A DNA stretch of 64,000 bases from Candidatus Sungiibacteriota bacterium (lineage in GTDB: Bacteria > Patescibacteriota > Minisyncoccia > Sungbacterales > SURF-37), in the NCBI GenBank assembly GCA_016186145.1, contig JACPMF010000010.1, forward strand, positions 8,053-72,052, in the 5' to 3' direction. The stretch's first letter is position 1; each line of letters opens with the position of its first letter. The notes below the pieces were generated by a model, which was not told where the DNA came from, did not search any database, and was given only the letters and a program-made list of their open reading frames with translations. Below, piece by piece: positions 58,638 through 64,000 of the stretch. Position numbers and translations under genes: made by a program.

Positions 58638-61600
58638 TTACCTCACCAAATAATCAACGTCGCGAAGGGGTTGGGCCGGCATTTCATAAGCCCCCCTCAT
58701 CGTACCCATACCGCCGCCCCCGCCCCCCGGACCCCCGCTTTCCCCATCCTCATATTGACTATTGTTCCTGCTTGCAGCAACCCTAACCATCATAAGCTTG
58801 TTCATTCCTCCTCCCCGTACCGCCTTAAGGCCTGTTTTTGGCTCCAAAGAAGAAATCGCATAAGCATTCATAAGCCTCGTAATAGATTCCCGATCAAGCG
58901 GGGTATAAACCGGCTCAAGGAAAATTTGCGGCTTGCCGTCGGCTTTTCGATGAACAATTTTTGTAAGACGCCTTGCAACGGCAGCCCGGATAAACGCAAA
59001 CGTATGACTTTGAAACACCTTAAGCCGCTCTTCCGTATCCGCCGCGTTTTCTAACTCCTGATTTACTTCCTCCGGCAATTTATCAAGATCCACCAACAAA
59101 CAATTTTTTGTGTACGCATCGGCAACATACGCCGCAAGCACATAGTCCCCGTTTTCATAATGCTGGCACGACCTCGCGCTGCCGGGATAAGTCCCGACAG
59201 TAAGCAAAGCCATCGGATTGTCCGTAAAGATGAGCGCAAGACGCTCTTTTCCAATCGGATGCGCCTCTTCTTTAATGACTTCTTCAATTTTTTTGAGGGT
59301 TCCAAGAATCGCATCGCTGCCGGCAAAATGTTTCTTCAGATCATCAAGTGCGCCGCTCACCGTTTCTTTCTTCTTCCCCGGGGTGATGCGATTAAATGCG
59401 ATCGCCTGCGGTGTCAGTTGGGCAAGCTGCAAAAAGGTTCGCCCCGCTTTCAAATCTTTCAGCGCACCGTACCATTGATTGCGTTTAATGCCTTCCTGGC
59501 TGCCGAAAAACTCCTCCCGCAACACCCTCAACTCTTCCGAAACCAGAAGCGTGTCTAAAGAATCTTGTATGCTTTTCCCAACATCGCTCAATTCTTCAGG
59601 ACTTGCCGCAGGTGATAACCGGTACCGCCCAAGAAATCCGGTTACCTTATCGGCAAGTTCGATTGGTTTTAACTTTGCAAGCCGCGAAAATTCCTTTTCT
59701 GAAACCCCCTCACGCCGCATTTCATCAATGCGAACCTCAATCTCTCCGCGCGTTTCCGTGCCTCGCAACCCCAGCTTTTGCAATTCAACTCTTTTTGCCG
59801 CTTCTGCCTCTTGCCATTTTTTTAAGTCACCGGGAAGCCGTTCAAGGAGTGCCGCATCTTCCTCCAAACGCAACAACCGATCTATTGTCGTAATGCGGCT
59901 GTTCAACGATTCAATATCGGCAGCGACTGCTACCGCGATATCGGACGGCTTTCCTGCGTTCCGCACAAACTCACGGGCTAAACGAAAAATACGCACACCC
60001 TCCTCGTTCCCCCCTTCCTCGGCAAGATCATGACAAACCATATGCCGAAGCGTATCTTGAATGCGCTTCGGTTTGTCGCTTGGCAACATGCCGACAATAA
60101 CCTCCCCCATATCTACAAAATCGTCCTCCGCGTATGCGGCAATTTGTTCCGGAGTCATGCCGCTTAGTTGTTCTTTTACCACCGGATCTTTAGTAGAATA
60201 CCGCCACTGCTTCCATTCTATGAAATCGGGCGGATCCATATGCGCAAGCATCTCTCCGGTCAGCATCAATGCTTTATATTGCGGGCCTTCTTTATAACTC
60301 ATGCCGCTCCGCGCAAGCTCTGCCGCAAAAATAAATACCGGCTCCGGGTCTTCCCACGCCCTAAAAAGGGTTTGAATTTTATCAGTACTTAAATCTCCTC
60401 TTCCCGTCAGCGCATGAAGGCCCCGTACAATCACCGTATCTATCTCCGCCTCGAGAACCGAAGGAGCTTTGGCCTCTTTTAAGAGGGCAGTCATATCGAG
60501 CAGTGGAAAATCGGCCCCCAGCTGGTTTTGATTTTCCTGCAAAATCGAAATAAAACGGATTTTCTTCAGCAAACGGTTTGCAAGCAAAAGATGCTCTTTG
60601 GTTGGCTGTTTCGTGGCAATGATTTTGTCGGTAATCAAGTCAACAATTTCTCGATCATACCCGAGCATGTTCGAAATATCATACAAAAACGCCTCCTGAA
60701 GTCTTCCCGACTTAACGGCGTTTATTGCCGCCTCCCACTGCTGAATTCGTTTCGCATCATCCCCAAATATGCGCCGGAGCGTAAGAAAAAATTCCGGCGG
60801 CAACCCTTTAGCGAGCTCTTGATTCGTTTCCACCACGCCCTTGCCGTCAAAACGTAATTTATCTGCCTCGCTGTAACACACGCCTCGTAACTTCTCCCGA
60901 ACCGTCGTGCTCGCAATCTTTTCAACGCGCCAAAGAGCCGCATAATCTTCCCAACGAATCTGACCGGAACGCAAGCAGGCGTCTCGATTAATAAAATCGA
61001 CGTAGGGGAAAAAACCTTTGTTGTTTTCCAAATTTTTCAAGCATGCCTTTTTCAAACGCGGATCAACTTCAGGATTTGCCATCAGTTCAAAAACAGCCCT
61101 TCCGGCATCCTCACCGCGCAGCCGAAAAAGCGTATGGAGCAGCGCCATGCCTGAAGGACTTAAAATAGATTTCCGGGACCCTCTCTCCTTTTTAAGAGCC
61201 GCACTTTCCTGCTTTATAAATGCCGAAAATTCGTATGCAATGGAAGAATCGTTCCCGGAACTGCCAAGTTTTACAAACTGATCAGCGACAACCCTCCTTG
61301 ATGCCTTGTCCTGTTCTTTAAGCAAACTCTCCTGCAAAAATTTTTTTGCCGCTGCGTATTCTCCCTGCAACTCAATGCCACCCGACTGGTGGCTCAAAGC
61401 AATCTCTCCAAGATACTCATAAGCATTTCGCTTTTCAGCGCGCGTAGTCTCTGCCGAAGCGAATATCTCACTGATTCGCGACTGAATAATGCGTCTTTTT
61501 ATAGAGGCATCGGATTCCGGGGTTTCTCCAACTGTTTCTTTAAAGATGCGGCCTGCGTGCTGGAAAAACAATCGAATATCTTCACCAAAAAGATCTCTTA

Positions 61601-62657
61601 AGTGTGAATGACCGTCCCAGAAGGAAAAAAGCTGTTTCTGCGCCTCAAGCGGCAGTGAGACATCGGTAAGTTTCGGATCACTCAATATTGCGTGGCCGCG
61701 CGCAAGATATGCCTCGCCGTATTCATTTTTAATGAACTCGCTGACACCCCCGGCTTCTTGAATTTTTCGTGTTATCTCCGCAAGATGCGGATAACGCTTT
61801 TCGATAAATCCGAAAAGATCCTTCTTAACCGCAAGATTACAAAAGGCAGAATTAATGCCTCTGCCGGCAAATCGGTCTGCTACCCAAACACGCCGCCTTC
61901 GCGGATATCCTTCTTCTTTTTTCAGATCACCCGCTTCATCTCCGCCGGAGACGGCAATGCGAAGCTGCTTTTCTTTTGCGTTGGCCTCTTGAAGGGCGAG
62001 CTCAGAATCGTCCACGGAAACGCTAAAACGCTCTCCAAGATCTGCAAGCCGCAAAGCTGTTGCGAGATCGCGGGTTCTTGGATACAAATAACCGGGCATG
62101 CGTCCTCGAATAAGCTCTCCGTTTTGGTAACGTTCCAGCTGATATGCTTCTTCGGCCTGACGCCTGATAGATTCTGCCCTTCCGGACAAAAACCTTCCGG
62201 CTGTGCGAACCACGGAACTGATTTTTTCTTTCTTTTCTTTCGTAACCGGCTTTACAAGCTTTTTTTGCACCTCCCAATAGCGATCCCACAAAATCAACTC
62301 CGGCTCGTCGTCAAAAAGCGCCATTTCGTAAAGATCGTCGGAAGAAGCATGCGTAATCTGAATTGCTTTGTCTTCTATCTTATGTTTTTTGATAAAGCCG
62401 CATATCGTCTCATATGCGTCTGGTGAAAGCTGCTTCTCCGCATCGACGAGATTTTCAAAATATTGAATTTCGATATCCCGCGACCGGCTAGATCTCTCGG
62501 TAACAAAGAAAAAATCAACATCGCGCGCAAGGCGCATGTCTTTCCCTGTTTCTAAGGCATACAAAGCCGACCCCTTCACCACTACCCGATCTATACCGGG
62601 AAACTTCTCGTAGCCCTCTCTGCCCTCAACCGGGGCCGGACGCTCAAATTCTTTCAT
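58638..62657 (-). CDS. Large hypothetical protein (~1339 aa) with possible N-terminal nucleotidyltransferase motif
   Basis: Uninterrupted ORF; VVKGS...RDVDF; long helical body; C-terminal SCQHY. Confidence 0.8.
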   Translation of the reverse strand: MKEFERPAPVEGREGYEKFPGIDRVVVKGSALYALETGKDMRLARDVDFFFVTERSSRSRDIEIQYFENLVDAEKQLSPDAYETICGFIKKHKIEDKAIQITHASSDDLYEMALFDDEPELILWDRYWEVQKKLVKPVTKEKKEKISSVVRTAGRFLSGRAESIRRQAEEAYQLERYQNGELIRGRMPGYLYPRTRDLATALRLADLGERFSVSVDDSELALQEANAKEKQLRIAVSGGDEAGDLKKEEGYPRRRRVWVADRFAGRGINSAFCNLAVKKDLFGFIEKRYPHLAEITRKIQEAGGVSEFIKNEYGEAYLARGHAILSDPKLTDVSLPLEAQKQLFSFWDGHSHLRDLFGEDIRLFFQHAGRIFKETVGETPESDASIKRRIIQSRISEIFASAETTRAEKRNAYEYLGEIALSHQSGGIELQGEYAAAKKFLQESLLKEQDKASRRVVADQFVKLGSSGNDSSIAYEFSAFIKQESAALKKERGSRKSILSPSGMALLHTLFRLRGEDAGRAVFELMANPEVDPRLKKACLKNLENNKGFFPYVDFINRDACLRSGQIRWEDYAALWRVEKIASTTVREKLRGVCYSEADKLRFDGKGVVETNQELAKGLPPEFFLTLRRIFGDDAKRIQQWEAAINAVKSGRLQEAFLYDISNMLGYDREIVDLITDKIIATKQPTKEHLLLANRLLKKIRFISILQENQNQLGADFPLLDMTALLKEAKAPSVLEAEIDTVIVRGLHALTGRGDLSTDKIQTLFRAWEDPEPVFIFAAELARSGMSYKEGPQYKALMLTGEMLAHMDPPDFIEWKQWRYSTKDPVVKEQLSGMTPEQIAAYAEDDFVDMGEVIVGMLPSDKPKRIQDTLRHMVCHDLAEEGGNEEGVRIFRLAREFVRNAGKPSDIAVAVAADIESLNSRITTIDRLLRLEEDAALLERLPGDLKKWQEAEAAKRVELQKLGLRGTETRGEIEVRIDEMRREGVSEKEFSRLAKLKPIELADKVTGFLGRYRLSPAASPEELSDVGKSIQDSLDTLLVSEELRVLREEFFGSQEGIKRNQWYGALKDLKAGRTFLQLAQLTPQAIAFNRITPGKKKETVSGALDDLKKHFAGSDAILGTLKKIEEVIKEEAHPIGKERLALIFTDNPMALLTVGTYPGSARSCQHYENGDYVLAAYVADAYTKNCLLVDLDKLPEEVNQELENAADTEERLKVFQSHTFAFIRAAVARRLTKIVHRKADGKPQIFLEPVYTPLDRESITRLMNAYAISSLEPKTGLKAVRGGGMNKLMMVRVAASRNNSQYEDGESGGPGGGGGGMGTMRGAYEMPAQPLRDVDYLVR

Positions 62658-62689
62658 CTTTGAAATAATAACAAACTGTTGAGTATGAT

Positions 62690-64000
62690 TCAATCCGAGA
62701 GTTCATCCAACCACATTTTTGCCTCGGCGTCGGAAGGCATGCGCCAGTCGCCTCTCGGAGAAAGCGCTACCGAGCCCACTTTCGGCCCGTCCGGCATGAC
62801 CGAACGTTTCCACTGGTTTTTGAAAAAACGCTCCAAAAAAAGGCGGAGCCATTTTTTAATCTCGCGCGGCGCGTACTTTTTTGAAAATGCCCGTTCTGCA
62901 AGGAATAAAATCTTTTTCGGAGAAGACCCCCAACGAAGGAAATGATACAAAAAGAAATCGTGGAGAACATAAGGACCGATAATCTCTTCGGTCTTGTGCG
63001 TGATCCCCCCTTTTTTTCCGCGAACCAATTCCGGAGAAATGGGGGTTTCCAAAATATCTTTCAGCGCCTTTCGTGCGTTACCCTCAACGTGCGTATCCAA
63101 AACCCATTGCACCAAATACCGAACCAGAGTTTTGGGAACTCCGGCATTGACGTTGTAATGCGAAAGATGGTCGCCGGAAAACGTACTCCAGCCAAGAGCC
63201 AATTCGGAAAGATCGCCCGTGCCGACAACAATGGCATGAAACTGATTCGCTTTATTCATAAGCACCATTGTCCGGTAACGCGCCTGCGCGTTCTCAAAAA
63301 CCAAATCCTGCTTTTGCGGACTATGCTGAATGTCTTTGAAATGCGCGAGTACGCCTTTGGCAATATCAATTTCTTCAACACCTATGCCGAACGCCTTGCA
63401 CAAACGATATGCATTTGATTTTGTGCGGCGACTTGTTGCGAACCCCGGCATGGTGTATGCATGAATATTCCGTAAAGGGTACTTCAGGAGCGAAAAAGTT
63501 TTTACGGAAACCAAAAGCGCGAGTGTTGAATCAAGACCGCCGGATACTCCGATAACAACATCTTTAATACGCGTCTGTTCAAGGCGTTTCGCAAGCCCCG
63601 CAATTTGTATTGAAAAAATCTCTTCCGACCGCTTGCCGCGAAGCATGGGGTCCTCCGGTACAAAAGGAAACGGCGAGATGCGCCGAAAAAAACCGGGTGT
63701 TCCTCCATCCGCAACAAACACTTCAAGAAATCGGAAATCAAACGAATCTTTTTCTTCTTCGCTTGTCTTTTCGGCGAAACTCGTCGTTTTTTCCCGATCA
63801 TGCAAAAGGTGTTCAATATCTATATCCGCAAAAATCAGCCCCCCGTTACGCTGAAACCGCTTCGACTCGGCAAGCAAAGAACCGTTTTCGGCAACTATAC
63901 TATGTCCGCCAAAAACCAAGTCTGTCGTTGATTCATGGACGCCGGATGAGGCGTAGACGTAGGCCGAAATGGTCCGCGCCGACTGCTGCAAAACAAGCTC
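62690..64000 (-). CDS. nadE: Glutamine-dependent NAD+ synthetase (5' partial)
   Basis: ESTTDLVFGG, GVSGGLDST, ENAQAR, GTGDLSE, PISPEL, SPRGDWRMPSD. Confidence 0.97.
   Translation of the reverse strand, partial: ELVLQQSARTISAYVYASSGVHESTTDLVFGGHSIVAENGSLLAESKRFQRNGGLIFADIDIEHLLHDREKTTSFAEKTSEEEKDSFDFRFLEVFVADGGTPGFFRRISPFPFVPEDPMLRGKRSEEIFSIQIAGLAKRLEQTRIKDVVIGVSGGLDSTLALLVSVKTFSLLKYPLRNIHAYTMPGFATSRRTKSNAYRLCKAFGIGVEEIDIAKGVLAHFKDIQHSPQKQDLVFENAQARYRTMVLMNKANQFHAIVVGTGDLSELALGWSTFSGDHLSHYNVNAGVPKTLVRYLVQWVLDTHVEGNARKALKDILETPISPELVRGKKGGITHKTEEIIGPYVLHDFFLYHFLRWGSSPKKILFLAERAFSKKYAPREIKKWLRLFLERFFKNQWKRSVMPDGPKVGSVALSPRGDWRMPSDAEAKMWLDELSD

Overview
Gene-dense bacterial chromosomal segment. 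Gene content and style (short AlaRS/ThrRS, many orphan ORFs, apparently leaderless core genes) suggest Patescibacteria/CPR (Parcubacteria-like); this is an inference. It holds housekeeping genes (metK, tgt, def, fmt, alaS, mnmA, rnhB, dnaE, thrS, miaA, hrcA-grpE-dnaK-dnaJ with CIRCE, cysS, pyrF), tRNA-Ile(GAT), two RelE-type toxin-antitoxin pairs, and an NAD cluster (Mqo-like flavoprotein-nadA-nadC, NAD kinase, pncA, nadE). Main observations: (1) an Mqo-like flavoprotein occupies the usual nadB position, overlaps nadA and lies behind an NrtR-like operator, so it is a candidate NadB replacement; (2) many nested palindromic mini-elements occur intergenically, in frame inside essential proteins (DnaK, CysS, MnmA, Fmt, ROK) and inside a SAM-I riboswitch; (3) a candidate promoter-to-terminator ncRNA with a tRNA-like cloverleaf and a 16S 790-loop motif lies just past the dnaK stop; (4) alaS, miaA and mnmA carry frameshifts, two of which may be homopolymer sequencing errors. 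All calls come from reading the sequence by eye; no searches were run.
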